Assembly: GCA_036380835.1 (NCBI GenBank)
Contig: DASVDZ010000031.1
Location: forward strand, 14,574 to 78,573
Origin: Candidatus Eiseniibacteriota bacterium
Lineage (GTDB): Bacteria; Eisenbacteria; RBG-16-71-46; SZUA-252
Length of the DNA: 64,000 nt
Direction of reading: 5' to 3'
A model generated the notes under the pieces. That model was given only the letters and a program-made list of their open reading frames with translations. It made no database searches and had not been told where the DNA came from. This document shows, one piece after another, positions 25,797 to 35,196 of the stretch (position 1 is the stretch's first letter; every line of letters starts with the position of its first letter). The position numbers were made by a program, and so were the translations under genes.

Positions 25797-26441
25797 CTAC
25801 CGGGTCGGCGCCGGCGGGCGGGCCATCGCGAACACCGATTCGGCGGTCACCCGCGTGTAGTTCGGTCCGCCGAGGCGCGCGATCGCGTCGATCGCCGTCG
25901 AGTCGACCCGGCCCTTCTCGTTCAGGAGCGACTCGAGGACGTGGAAGTAGAGCACCTCGCCGATCACGTAGTGCGCGTGGTAGGGGCCCTCGCCGTGCTC
26001 CACGATCGTGTAGAGGCGGCACTCCATGGCGATCGGGCAGCCTTCGGCGCGCCACGGCTTCACCTTGACGCTCGGCGCCTTCACGATCCCCGCGCGCTCG
26101 AACTCGTCCACCTCGGGCGGGAACTCCGCCGAGGTCTCGTTCATCTTCTCGCGGAGCGCCCAGGGCACGATGTGGATCACGTACTCGCCCGTCTCGCGCA
26201 CGTTGCGGAGCGTGTCCTTGTCGCGCAGCGATCCGCTCGTCACGGGCATGAAGGCGACCGAGGGCGGGTTGGCGCCCCCGGCGTTGAAGAACGAGAAGGG
26301 CGCGAGATTGGGGACGCCGGTCTTCGACAGGGACGAGACGAACGCGATCGGGCGCGGCACGACGCAGCCGGTCAGGAGCGCGTAGCGATCGGCGGGCGAG
26401 AGCGAGGCCGGCTCGATCCCCCGCAGGGCGGGCGCGCTCAA
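25797..26441 (-). CDS. flavin reductase-like (FMN-binding split-barrel) protein
   Basis: The fold signature RPIAFVSSLSKTGVPNLAPFSFFNAGGANPPSVAF is present. It lies directly downstream of the homogentisate operon. Confidence 0.72.
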   Translation of the reverse strand: MSAPALRGIEPASLSPADRYALLTGCVVPRPIAFVSSLSKTGVPNLAPFSFFNAGGANPPSVAFMPVTSGSLRDKDTLRNVRETGEYVIHIVPWALREKMNETSAEFPPEVDEFERAGIVKAPSVKVKPWRAEGCPIAMECRLYTIVEHGEGPYHAHYVIGEVLYFHVLESLLNEKGRVDSTAIDAIARLGGPNYTRVTAESVFAMARPPAPTR

Positions 26442-26469
26442 CGCGGCCGCCGCCCGGGAGGGCGTGCGT

Positions 26470-27660
26470 TCAACCGGTCGCCCCCTCTCCCGTGAACCGC
26501 CCCGAGGGGTCGAGCCAGGAGTAGGGATACGCCTTGTCGTCGTAGGGCTCCGCCTCGGTCGTGACGTTCAGGGGGTGGAACGTGTCGAGCATCACCGCCA
26601 GCTCTTCGGTCTTCGTCGCGCCGAGCGACGCCTCGGTCGCCCCGGGGTGCGGTCCGTGGGGAATGCCCGACGGATGGAGCGTGAACGAGCCGACCTCGAT
26701 GCCGCGGCGGCTCATGAAGTTCCCGTTCACGTAGTAGAGCACCTCGTCCGAGTCGATGTTCGAATGGTTGTACGGCACGGGCACCGCCAGCGGATGGTAG
26801 TCGTACATCCGCGGTACGAACGAGCAGACGACGAAATTCCGCCCCTCGAAGCACTGATGCGTCGGGGGCGGCATGTGGATCCGACCCGTGATCGGCTCGA
26901 AGTCCTCGATGTTGAAGACGTAGGGATAGAGGAATCCGTCCCAGCCGACGACGTCGAGCGGATGGAACTGGAACTCGTAGGCGGTGATCTGGTCCCGGGC
27001 CTTGATCCGCACCTCGAACTTCCCCGACTCGGTGAACGTCTCGAGGCGCTCCGGCCGGCGGATGTCCCGCTCGGACATCGGCGCGTGCTCGAGAAGCTGG
27101 CCGTACTCGTTCCGGTACCGCTTGGGCGTCTCGATCGAGGAGGCCGATTCGATCACGAGGTAGCGCTGCGCCCCCGTGTCGGGCTGGAACCGGTACGTCG
27201 TGCCGCGCGGGATCACCACGTAGTCGCCGGGGCGGTAGGGGAGCTCCCCGAAGATCGTCTGGATGCGGCCCGTCCCCTCGTGGACGAAATAGAGGTCGTC
27301 CCCCTGTCCGTTCCGGTAGAAGTACTCCATCGTCCGGTCGGGCACGGCGATCGCCATGGAAACGTCGTCGTTCTTGAGGAGGACGACGCGCCCCGTGACC
27401 GGATCGCCGCTCCGCTGGAGCCCCTTGGTCTTGAAATGGTAGTGGCGGAGCCCCTGCTCCTTCGCGAGCGTGACGGAACAGTCCTGGATCTTCCGGATCT
27501 CCTTGGCCTGCGTCGGCATGTTGTGGTGGTAGATCAGGGACGACCGACCCGAGAAGCCGCGCGAGCCCATGAGCTGCTCCGTGTAGAGCTTCCCGTCGGG
27601 GCGGCGGAACTGCGTGTGGCGCTTGTGCGGAATCTGTCCGAGGGAATAGTACGTGGGCAT
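26470..27660 (-). CDS. hmgA: homogentisate 1,2-dioxygenase (short bacterial type)
   Basis: The N-terminus is MPTYYSLGQIPHKRHTQFRRPDGKLYTEQLMG. The motifs HPSGIPHGPHPG and MSRRG are present. The context is fah and hppD. Confidence 0.78.
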   Translation of the reverse strand: MPTYYSLGQIPHKRHTQFRRPDGKLYTEQLMGSRGFSGRSSLIYHHNMPTQAKEIRKIQDCSVTLAKEQGLRHYHFKTKGLQRSGDPVTGRVVLLKNDDVSMAIAVPDRTMEYFYRNGQGDDLYFVHEGTGRIQTIFGELPYRPGDYVVIPRGTTYRFQPDTGAQRYLVIESASSIETPKRYRNEYGQLLEHAPMSERDIRRPERLETFTESGKFEVRIKARDQITAYEFQFHPLDVVGWDGFLYPYVFNIEDFEPITGRIHMPPPTHQCFEGRNFVVCSFVPRMYDYHPLAVPVPYNHSNIDSDEVLYYVNGNFMSRRGIEVGSFTLHPSGIPHGPHPGATEASLGATKTEELAVMLDTFHPLNVTTEAEPYDDKAYPYSWLDPSGRFTGEGATG

Positions 27661-27677
27661 GACGTTACCTCTCGCGG

Positions 27678-28652
27678 TCAGGTGATCGTGTTCGTGAGGG
27701 AACCCAAGAGGTCGATCTCGAGCGTCACCTCGTCGCCGGGCAAGAGCCAGCGGTGAACGTCGGTCCCGAGCTCCAGGATGCAGCCCGTTCCGACGGTGCC
27801 CGAGCCGATCACGTCACCGGGGAAAAGATACACGTCCTCCGACGCCCTCGCAATCATCTGCCCGAACGTCCAGTGGAGGTCCGAGACGTTGCCGCGCGAG
27901 AGGACGCCCCCGTTCACGCGCGCCTCCATCGCGAGGTCGAAGCGCTCGCCCCGGCGCCGCGACTCGAGCTCGTCGAGCGTCACGACGGCGGGGCCGAGCG
28001 ACGTGGCGAAATCCTTGCCCTTCGCCGGGCCGAGCCCCACCGCCATCTCGCGCCGCTGGACGTCGCGCGCGCTCCAGTCGTTCAGAATCGTGAAGCCCGC
28101 CACGACCTCCCGCCACGCGTCCGGGGCGACGTTCCGCGCCCGCTTCCCGATCACGCACGCGATCTCGAGCTCGTAGTCGAGCGCCTCGGTGAAGGACGGC
28201 TTCGGCACGGGCGCGCCGGGGCCGACCAGCGCGCCGGGGTTGGAGAAGTAGAAGACCGGGAACTCGTACCACTCGGGGGGCACCGCGAGCCCGCGACGGG
28301 ACCGCGCGGTCTTCACGTGGCCTTCGAAGGCGTAGAAGTCGCGGATCGAGGGCGGATGCGCGACGGGCGGGTGGAGGGTGAGCGCCTGGACCGGGATCTT
28401 GGTCCGCGCCAGGAGCGGGGCGACGCGCTCGCCGGGCGGGAACGCCGCGGCGCGCTCGACCACGGTCCGCGCGAGCGCCCGGCCGCGATCCCAGTCGACG
28501 AGGAGCGTCTCCATCGTGGCGAGCGCCGCTCGCTCCGCATCGGGAACGCCGAGCACCGCCGCCGCGTTCGCGACGTGGAGCACCGAGTCCCCGTCGAGCA
28601 CGCCGAGCGCGTGGCCCGGCGCCCCGGCCCGGGCGAACGAGACGAATCGCAT
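27678..28652 (-). CDS. fumarylacetoacetate hydrolase family protein
   Basis: Motifs: FYFSNPGALVGPGAPVP, DYELEIACVIGKRARNV, VAGFTILNDWSARD and GDVIGSGTVGTGCILE. Confidence 0.85.
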   Translation of the reverse strand: MRFVSFARAGAPGHALGVLDGDSVLHVANAAAVLGVPDAERAALATMETLLVDWDRGRALARTVVERAAAFPPGERVAPLLARTKIPVQALTLHPPVAHPPSIRDFYAFEGHVKTARSRRGLAVPPEWYEFPVFYFSNPGALVGPGAPVPKPSFTEALDYELEIACVIGKRARNVAPDAWREVVAGFTILNDWSARDVQRREMAVGLGPAKGKDFATSLGPAVVTLDELESRRRGERFDLAMEARVNGGVLSRGNVSDLHWTFGQMIARASEDVYLFPGDVIGSGTVGTGCILELGTDVHRWLLPGDEVTLEIDLLGSLTNTIT

Positions 28653-28672
28653 CGGAGCAGCCGCCGGGGCGG

Positions 28673-29782
28673 CTACAGGTTCCCGCGGAGCGCCTGCTCG
28701 CGCTCGATGGCCTCGAAGAGCGCCTTGAAGTTCCCCGCGCCAAAGCCCCGGCTCCCCTTCCGCTGGATGATCTCGAAGAAGACCGTGGGGCGGTCCTCCA
28801 CCGGCTTCGTGAAGAGCTGGAGCAGGTAGCCCTCCTCGTCGCGATCGACGAGGATGCCGAGGCTCGAGACCTTGCGAAAGTCCTCGTCGATCTTGCCAAC
28901 CCGGTCGGGGAGCATCTCGTAGTAGGCGGGCGGCACGGTCAGGAACGCGACGCCGCTGTCGCGAAGGCGCGCCACGGTGTCGAGGATGTCCCCGGTCGCG
29001 AGGGCGAGGTGTTGCGCGCCGGCGCCGCGGTAGTACTCGAGGTATTCGTCGATCTGGGACTTCCGCTTCCCGACGGCGGGCTCGTTGATCGGGAACTTGA
29101 TCCGCCCCGATCCGTCGGCCATCACCTTGGACATGAGCGCCGAGTACTCGGTCGAGATCGCCTTGTCGTCGAAGTGCTGCCACTGGGAGAAGCCCATCAC
29201 GTCCCGGTAGTAGGCGACGTAACGATCCATGTCGCCGAGCGACACGTTGCCGACGATGTGGTCGACGTAGAGGAGCGGCCCCGCCTTGGCGGCCTGGCCG
29301 GTCGGCTTGAATCCCGGCAGGAAGAGCCCGCGGTAACGGGAGCGGTCGACGAGGGAATGGATCGTGTCGCCGTAGGTGGAGATCGCGGCCCAGCGCACGG
29401 TGCCGTTCTCGTCGCTCAGGTCGACCGGCTGCTGCACGCTGCGGGCGCCCCGCCGCGTCGTCTCGCTCCACGCGCGGTCCACGTCGACGACGTCGAGGGC
29501 GATGTCCTTGACGCCGTCGCCGTGACGGTGGACGTGCTCGGCGATCTCCCCGTCGGGGCCGAGCGGAGCGGTCAGCAGGAACCGGATCTTCCCCTGCTGG
29601 AGGAGGTAGGACGCGCGGTCGCGCCGGCCCGTCTCGAGGCCGGCGTACGCCGTCACGGTCATGCCGAACGCATTCGCGTAGTAGTACGCGGCCTGCTTTG
29701 CGTTCCCCACCCAGAACTCCACGTGGTGGGTGCCGTTGATCTTCAGGTAGTCGTCTTGGGGAGCGCCGTTCGGTCCGGACAT
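28673..29782 (-). CDS. hppD: 4-hydroxyphenylpyruvate dioxygenase
   Basis: Motifs: INGTHHVEFWVGNAKQAAYYY, YVDHIVGNV, IDEYLEYYRGAGAQHLALATGDI and VFFEIIQRKG. The start is taken at the ATG at 29782 (MSGPNG). Confidence 0.85.
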   Translation of the reverse strand: MSGPNGAPQDDYLKINGTHHVEFWVGNAKQAAYYYANAFGMTVTAYAGLETGRRDRASYLLQQGKIRFLLTAPLGPDGEIAEHVHRHGDGVKDIALDVVDVDRAWSETTRRGARSVQQPVDLSDENGTVRWAAISTYGDTIHSLVDRSRYRGLFLPGFKPTGQAAKAGPLLYVDHIVGNVSLGDMDRYVAYYRDVMGFSQWQHFDDKAISTEYSALMSKVMADGSGRIKFPINEPAVGKRKSQIDEYLEYYRGAGAQHLALATGDILDTVARLRDSGVAFLTVPPAYYEMLPDRVGKIDEDFRKVSSLGILVDRDEEGYLLQLFTKPVEDRPTVFFEIIQRKGSRGFGAGNFKALFEAIEREQALRGNL

Positions 29783-29988
29783 GCCCGCTCGATCCTCCGG
29801 AAGGGGTCTCGTCGATGCGATTTCGTGTGATTCTACCCCGGTGCCCCGCCCGCGCAACGGGAATTCCCCGAGCGCCGGCCCTCGGCGAGGGCGCCGCGCG
29901 CCGGGGGACACAAGGCCCTTGCGGCGGCGCGACTTCGTGAGCATACTCCCTGGCCGTACCGACCCCGCGACCGATCCGGAGGAGAGGC

Positions 29989-30768
29989 ATGGCGATCACG
30001 ATCGAGCATCATTCCCACGACCCAGTTCCGAGCCACTGGCCGATCATCACGGCCTTCGGCGCCGGGCTGATTCCCGTCGGCCTCGTGCTGAACGCGCACG
30101 GAACGAAGCTGGGCCTGGCGGTCATCCTGGTCGGACTCCTCATCACGATCCTCGGAGCCGGCCGCTGGTGGGGAGAGCTCCTCGGCGATCGCTTCATGGG
30201 ACGCGACCTCGTCGACGCGAACGCCCGCCTGAGGACGGCGATGGTCCTCTTCATCGCCTCGGAGGCGGCGATCTTCGCCGCCTTCTTCGCGGCGCTCTTC
30301 TACGCGCGCTACCACGCCCCGGCCTGGCCGCCCGCGGGAATGCCGCACTTCGAGATCCTCCTGCCCGCCGTGAACACGGCGATCCTCCTCGGATCGAGCG
30401 TCACCTGCCATCTGGCGCACACCGCGCTCGAGAAGGGCCGGCGCGAAGGCGTCGTGGCGGCGCTCCTCATGACGATCTTCCTGGGCGCCGTCTTCCTCTG
30501 CGGCCAGGCCTACGAGTACGGCGCGCTGAACGGCGCGGCGTTCAACATCAAGAGCGGCATCTTCGGCACCACGTTCTTCATGCTCACCGGGTTCCACGGA
30601 CTCCACGTCCTGATGGGGATCGTGTTCCTGAACGTGGTCTACGGCGCGACGATGCGCGGCCGGATCACGGGCGAGCAGCACTTCCCCCTCCAGGCGGCCT
30701 CGTGGTACTGGCACTTCGTCGACGCCGTCTGGGTCTGCGTCTTCTCGGTGGTCTACCTGTGGAAGTGA
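29989..30768 (+). CDS. heme-copper oxidase subunit III (cytochrome c oxidase subunit 3 family)
   Basis: The protein has seven TM helices. Motifs: FIASEAAIFAAFFAALFYARY, GTTFFMLTGFHGLHVLMGIVFL and HFVDAVWVCVF. An SD GGAGAGG is present. No coxA/coxB lies adjacent. Confidence 0.82.
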   Translation: MAITIEHHSHDPVPSHWPIITAFGAGLIPVGLVLNAHGTKLGLAVILVGLLITILGAGRWWGELLGDRFMGRDLVDANARLRTAMVLFIASEAAIFAAFFAALFYARYHAPAWPPAGMPHFEILLPAVNTAILLGSSVTCHLAHTALEKGRREGVVAALLMTIFLGAVFLCGQAYEYGALNGAAFNIKSGIFGTTFFMLTGFHGLHVLMGIVFLNVVYGATMRGRITGEQHFPLQAASWYWHFVDAVWVCVFSVVYLWK

Positions 30769-31271
30769 CGGCCGCTCGAGGCCCGCGCGGGGCGGCGCCG
30801 GGCCGCCGGCGGAACCTCGCCGCGCCGGGGGCGATCGCGATCGCCGCGATGCTGCTCCTCTCCCCGCTCGGGTGCGAGCGCGTGCAGACGGCGCTCACCG
30901 GCAAGAAGGATCAGGGGCCCGAGCTGGCCGCGCTCCGGAAGCAGATCGCCGACTTCCGGGCGAGGTTCCTCTCCGCCGTGCAGGAAGGGCGCACCGGGGA
31001 CATCGGAGCGATCTTCTCCGACGGCGGGCCTCTCCTCGACGCGATCGAGACGCAGGCGGGCAAGATGAGCTTCATGGACGCGCAGTCGGTGAAGATCCAG
31101 ACCGCGACCGCGCGCAACCTCATGAAGGATGCCCAACCCTTCATCGAATCCGGGGACGTCGACGGCGTGCGCGCCGCGCAACAGAAGCTCGACCAGGTCC
31201 TCTTCGAGATCGACAGCATCCTCGATCGCGCCACGATGATGACGGACAATCCGCAGAAGACGGGATCCTGA
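30765..31271 (+). CDS. small secreted/lipoprotein-like protein of unknown function, possibly coupled to cox3
   Basis: An in-frame GTG at 30765 overlaps the cox3 TGA (GTGA). It encodes an RRR n-region, the h-region LAAPGAIAIAAMLLLSPLGC, and then a helical 130 aa with high GC3. An alternative ATG lies at 30849. Confidence 0.45.
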   Translation: MTAARGPRGAAPGRRRNLAAPGAIAIAAMLLLSPLGCERVQTALTGKKDQGPELAALRKQIADFRARFLSAVQEGRTGDIGAIFSDGGPLLDAIETQAGKMSFMDAQSVKIQTATARNLMKDAQPFIESGDVDGVRAAQQKLDQVLFEIDSILDRATMMTDNPQKTGS

Positions 31272-31314
31272 GCCGCGACGCGCCATCGATCGCGACGCGC
31301 GGCTTGGACCTTTC

Positions 31315-32028
31315 ATGAACGACGACGACGATCCGGCAGCCGAGTTGGTCGAGGAGGGCGAGGACGCGCTCGAAGAGGGGGACTACGAGCGGGCCCTCGA
31401 CTGCTTCGATCGCGCGCTCAAGGAGGACCCCGACCATTGGGGCGCCGGGCTCGACCGGGCGGAGACGCTCCACCTCCTCTGGCGGACCCAGGAGGCGCTG
31501 GGCGCCGTGCAGGCCCTCCACCCTCCGGACGACGAGGAGGACGACGCCGACCGGGCCGACCTCGAAGCCCGGATCCGCGAGGCGGCCGGCGATCTGCGCG
31601 GCGCCGACCGGATGCTCGAGGAGGCGAACCACCTCGATCCGGTGGAATTCCCCCTCCCGATTCGGACCACGGACGCGGAATTCCGCTCGATCCTGGACGA
31701 GGCGGTGGCCACGCTTCCGCCGGTGATCCGCGACGCGGTCGCGGCGGTGCCGGTTCTGGTCGAGGCCAAGCCGACGCCCGAGATGGCCGAGCGGGCGCCC
31801 CACATCACGCCGGAAGTGCTCGGGCTCTTCGTCGGCACGCCGGTGGGCGAGAAGCTGCAGGGCTCGGGAGGCTATCCCGACGTGGTGCTCCTCTTCCGGC
31901 GGAATCTGGAGCGCGCGGGAGACACGAGGGAAGAGGTCGCCGAGGAGATCCGGATCACCCTCCTCCACGAGTACGGCCACTACCTGGGCTTCGACGAGGA
32001 CGAGCTGGACGAGCTGGGCCTGGGCTGA
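31315..32028 (+). CDS. zincin-like metallopeptidase family protein (Possibl_zinc_met-pept-like, HExxH)
   Basis: The C-terminus reads ITLLHEYGHYLGFDEDELDELG with the HEYGH zinc motif. The N-terminus is acidic. Confidence 0.68.
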   Translation: MNDDDDPAAELVEEGEDALEEGDYERALDCFDRALKEDPDHWGAGLDRAETLHLLWRTQEALGAVQALHPPDDEEDDADRADLEARIREAAGDLRGADRMLEEANHLDPVEFPLPIRTTDAEFRSILDEAVATLPPVIRDAVAAVPVLVEAKPTPEMAERAPHITPEVLGLFVGTPVGEKLQGSGGYPDVVLLFRRNLERAGDTREEVAEEIRITLLHEYGHYLGFDEDELDELGLG

Positions 32029-32043
32029 CCGGGGGCCCCGCCG

Positions 32044-35000
32044 CTAGGCGTTCGTCCGCGTCCGCGCCATCGCGGGGACCGGCTCGTGGCGGCCCTCCGG
32101 GGCGGCGGCCTCCTCGGCCGCCTCGTCGCGCAGCGTCCCCTCACCGGGCGCCGCCTCCACCTTGGTGAAGCGCGCCAGGAGCGTGTAGACGACCGGGACC
32201 AGCACCAGGGTCAGGAAGGTCGAGAAGAGCATCCCGCCGACCACCGCGATCCCGAGCGGGCGCCGCGATTCGGCTCCCGCCCCCAGCCCGATCGCGATCG
32301 GAAGGATCCCGAAAACCGTCGCGAACGACGTCATGAGGATCGGCCGGAGCCGGATCTTCGCCGCCTCCGCGGCCCCGTCGACGATCGAGAGCCCCCGGGC
32401 GCGGAGCTGGTTCGCGTACTCGACGATCAGGATCGCGTTCTTCGTCACGAGCCCGATCAGCATGATGAGCCCGATCTGCGAGTAGATGTTGAGGCTCTGT
32501 CGGAAGACGAAGAGCGACACCAGCGCGCCCGCCACCGCCAGCGGCACCGCCAGGAGAATCACGAGCGGGTGGACGAAGCTCTCGAACTGGGCCGACAGCA
32601 CGAGGTAGATGAAGACGATCGCCAGGAGGAACAGGAAGTAGAGGCTCGTGCTCGACTCGCGGAACTCGAGCGACTGCCCGGCCAGCTCGTGCTTCACCCC
32701 GGCCGGGAGCTTCTCCTTCGCGATCTTGTCGAGGGCGTCGAGCGCCATCCCCAGCGGAAGACCGGGCGGGAGGTTGGCGGTGAGCGTGGCCGAGCGGACC
32801 CGGTTGTAGTGGTTCAGCTCCTTGGGCGCCACGGTCTCGCGCACGTGGACGACGTTCGCGAGCTGGACCAGCCCTCCCTTCCCGCGGAGGTAGATGTCCT
32901 GGATCACGTCGGGGGTCGCGCGCTCCTGCGGCTTCACCTGCGCGATCACGTCGTACTGCTTCGTCCCCCGCTTGAACTCGCTCACCGTGCGCCCGCCGAG
33001 GAAGGTCTCGAGGGTCGTCCCGATGTCGGTCACGGAGACGCCGAGCTGGGCGGCGCGCTCCCGGTCGATCGAGAGGTCGAGCTGGGGCTTGTTGAGGCGC
33101 AGGTCGGTGTCGAGGTTCAGGAGGTAGCCCAGCTTCGATCCGTCGGCCATCATCGCCCCCACCGCCTGCTGCAGCTGCTCGTACGACTCCCCTTCGAGCA
33201 CGTATTCGACCGGCGACGTGGAGAATCCGCCGAGGCTCGGCGGGTTGATCACGAAGGCCAGCACGCCGGGGATCGAGATGAGCCGCGGGAAGAGCTCCTG
33301 CACGATCTGCTGCTGCGACTTGTGGCGCTCGGCGCGCGGCTTGAGCCCGAGGAAGAGGAAACCGTTGGTCACGTTCCCCGGCCCGCCGAACCCGAGGCCG
33401 GTCGCGGTGAAGAGGCCCGCGCGCTCCGGCAGCGGCAGGAGGATCGACTCCACCTGGCGCATGTAGCGGTCGGTGTATTCCAGCGTCGACCCCTCCGGCG
33501 CGATCACGATGCCGAACGCGACGCCGCGGTCCTCCGTCGGGACCAGCTCCCGCGGCAGGAGGAAGAAGAGCGTCCCGATCACCACCACCAGCACGCCCGC
33601 CGCGGCGAGCGCGACCGCGCGGTGCGCCAAGAACCAGCGGAGCGAACGCTCGAACTGCGCGTTCATCGCGTCGAAGAACCGGTCGATCGCGTTCGAGATC
33701 CGCCCCTGATCCTGACCGTGGAGGGGCCGGAGCATCCGCGAGCAGAGCATCGGCGTGAGGGTCAACGCGACGAAGCCGGAGAGGAGCACGGCGACCGCGA
33801 CGGAAATGCCGAACTCGCTGAAAAGGCGCCCCACCGTTCCCTGGAGGAACGAGACCGGGACGAAGACCGCGACGAGGGAGATCGTGGTCGCGAGGACCGC
33901 GAACCCGATCTCCTTCGAGCCCTCGAGCGCCGCCTTGAAACGCCCCTTCCCCATCTCCATGTGGCGGTAGACGTTCTCGAGCACGACGATCGCGTCGTCC
34001 ACGACGAGGCCGATCGCGAGCACGAGCGCGAGCAAGGTCAGGATGTTGATCGTGTAGCCGAGGGCGTAGACGACGGAGAAGGTCCCGATGACCGAGATCG
34101 GGATCGCGACCGCCGGGATGATCGTCGCCCGGCCGCTCTTCAGGAAGACCAGGATCACGAGGACCACGAGGCCCATCGCGAAGAAGATCGTGTGCGACAC
34201 CTCTTTGATCGAGTCCTTGATGAACGTCGAGGAGTCGTACGCGACGTCGAGCTTCATCCCCTCGGGGAGCGCCGCCGCCAGCTCCGGGAGCGCGGACCGG
34301 ACGGCGTCCGCGACGTCGATGGTGCTCGCCTTCGACTGCTTGACGATCCCGAGGCCCACGGCCGGTTTCCCGTTCCAGCGCACCGCGGTCCGCTCGTCCT
34401 CGGCGCCGACCGTGACGTCGGCCACGTCGTCGAGGCGGACCGCGTCCGTCCCCGACTGCTTCACGATGATCGCCGCGAACTCGTCGGCGGAGGCGAGGTC
34501 GCCGCGCGTCCGCACGGAGAACTCGCGCTCGGAGCCCTCCACGCGCCCGCCCGGGATCTCCGCGTTCTCGGCGCGGATCGCGCTCTCCACGTCCTGGGTC
34601 GTCAGGCCGTGCGCCGCCATCCGGGCCGGGTCGAGCCAGACGCGCATCGCGTAGCGTCGCTCGCCCCCCAGGAAGACGTTCCCGACGCCGGGAAGCCGCT
34701 GGAGCCGCTCCTTGAGAATGCGGTCGGCCACGTCCGACAGCTCGAGGTTCGTGTAGCGCTCGCTCGAGAGCGCGAGCCAGACGATCGGCTGGGCGTTGGT
34801 GTCGACCTTCGTGACGACCGGGTCGTCCGCCTCGCGCGGCAGCGTGCCGCGGACGCGCGACACGCGATCGCGGACATCGTTCGTCGCGGCCTCGATGTTC
34901 CGCGAGAGCTCGAACTCGATCGTGATGACCGAGCCCTGCTCGCGGCTCGAGGACTGGATGGTCTTGATCCCCTCGATCGTGGAGAGCTGCTCCTCGAGCA

Positions 35001-35196
35001 CGTCGGTGATCTCGGTCTCGACCACGCTCGGGCTCGCGCCGCGGTAGAAGGTGGTGATGGAGACGATCGGGGGATCGATGTCCGGGTACTCGCGCACCGG
35101 GAGCCGGGTGAACGAGAGCACCCCGAAGAGGATGATCGCGAGGCTCATGACCGTCGCGAAGACGGGCCTTTGAATCGAGACTTCGCTCAGCTTCAT
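32044..35196 (-). CDS. RND efflux transporter permease (AcrB/CzcA superfamily)
   Basis: It is 1050 aa with 12 TM and two large periplasmic loops. Family-typical segments include GATIIPAVAIPISVIGTF and VVDDAIVVLENV. Confidence 0.9.
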   Translation of the reverse strand: MKLSEVSIQRPVFATVMSLAIILFGVLSFTRLPVREYPDIDPPIVSITTFYRGASPSVVETEITDVLEEQLSTIEGIKTIQSSSREQGSVITIEFELSRNIEAATNDVRDRVSRVRGTLPREADDPVVTKVDTNAQPIVWLALSSERYTNLELSDVADRILKERLQRLPGVGNVFLGGERRYAMRVWLDPARMAAHGLTTQDVESAIRAENAEIPGGRVEGSEREFSVRTRGDLASADEFAAIIVKQSGTDAVRLDDVADVTVGAEDERTAVRWNGKPAVGLGIVKQSKASTIDVADAVRSALPELAAALPEGMKLDVAYDSSTFIKDSIKEVSHTIFFAMGLVVLVILVFLKSGRATIIPAVAIPISVIGTFSVVYALGYTINILTLLALVLAIGLVVDDAIVVLENVYRHMEMGKGRFKAALEGSKEIGFAVLATTISLVAVFVPVSFLQGTVGRLFSEFGISVAVAVLLSGFVALTLTPMLCSRMLRPLHGQDQGRISNAIDRFFDAMNAQFERSLRWFLAHRAVALAAAGVLVVVIGTLFFLLPRELVPTEDRGVAFGIVIAPEGSTLEYTDRYMRQVESILLPLPERAGLFTATGLGFGGPGNVTNGFLFLGLKPRAERHKSQQQIVQELFPRLISIPGVLAFVINPPSLGGFSTSPVEYVLEGESYEQLQQAVGAMMADGSKLGYLLNLDTDLRLNKPQLDLSIDRERAAQLGVSVTDIGTTLETFLGGRTVSEFKRGTKQYDVIAQVKPQERATPDVIQDIYLRGKGGLVQLANVVHVRETVAPKELNHYNRVRSATLTANLPPGLPLGMALDALDKIAKEKLPAGVKHELAGQSLEFRESSTSLYFLFLLAIVFIYLVLSAQFESFVHPLVILLAVPLAVAGALVSLFVFRQSLNIYSQIGLIMLIGLVTKNAILIVEYANQLRARGLSIVDGAAEAAKIRLRPILMTSFATVFGILPIAIGLGAGAESRRPLGIAVVGGMLFSTFLTLVLVPVVYTLLARFTKVEAAPGEGTLRDEAAEEAAAPEGRHEPVPAMARTRTNA

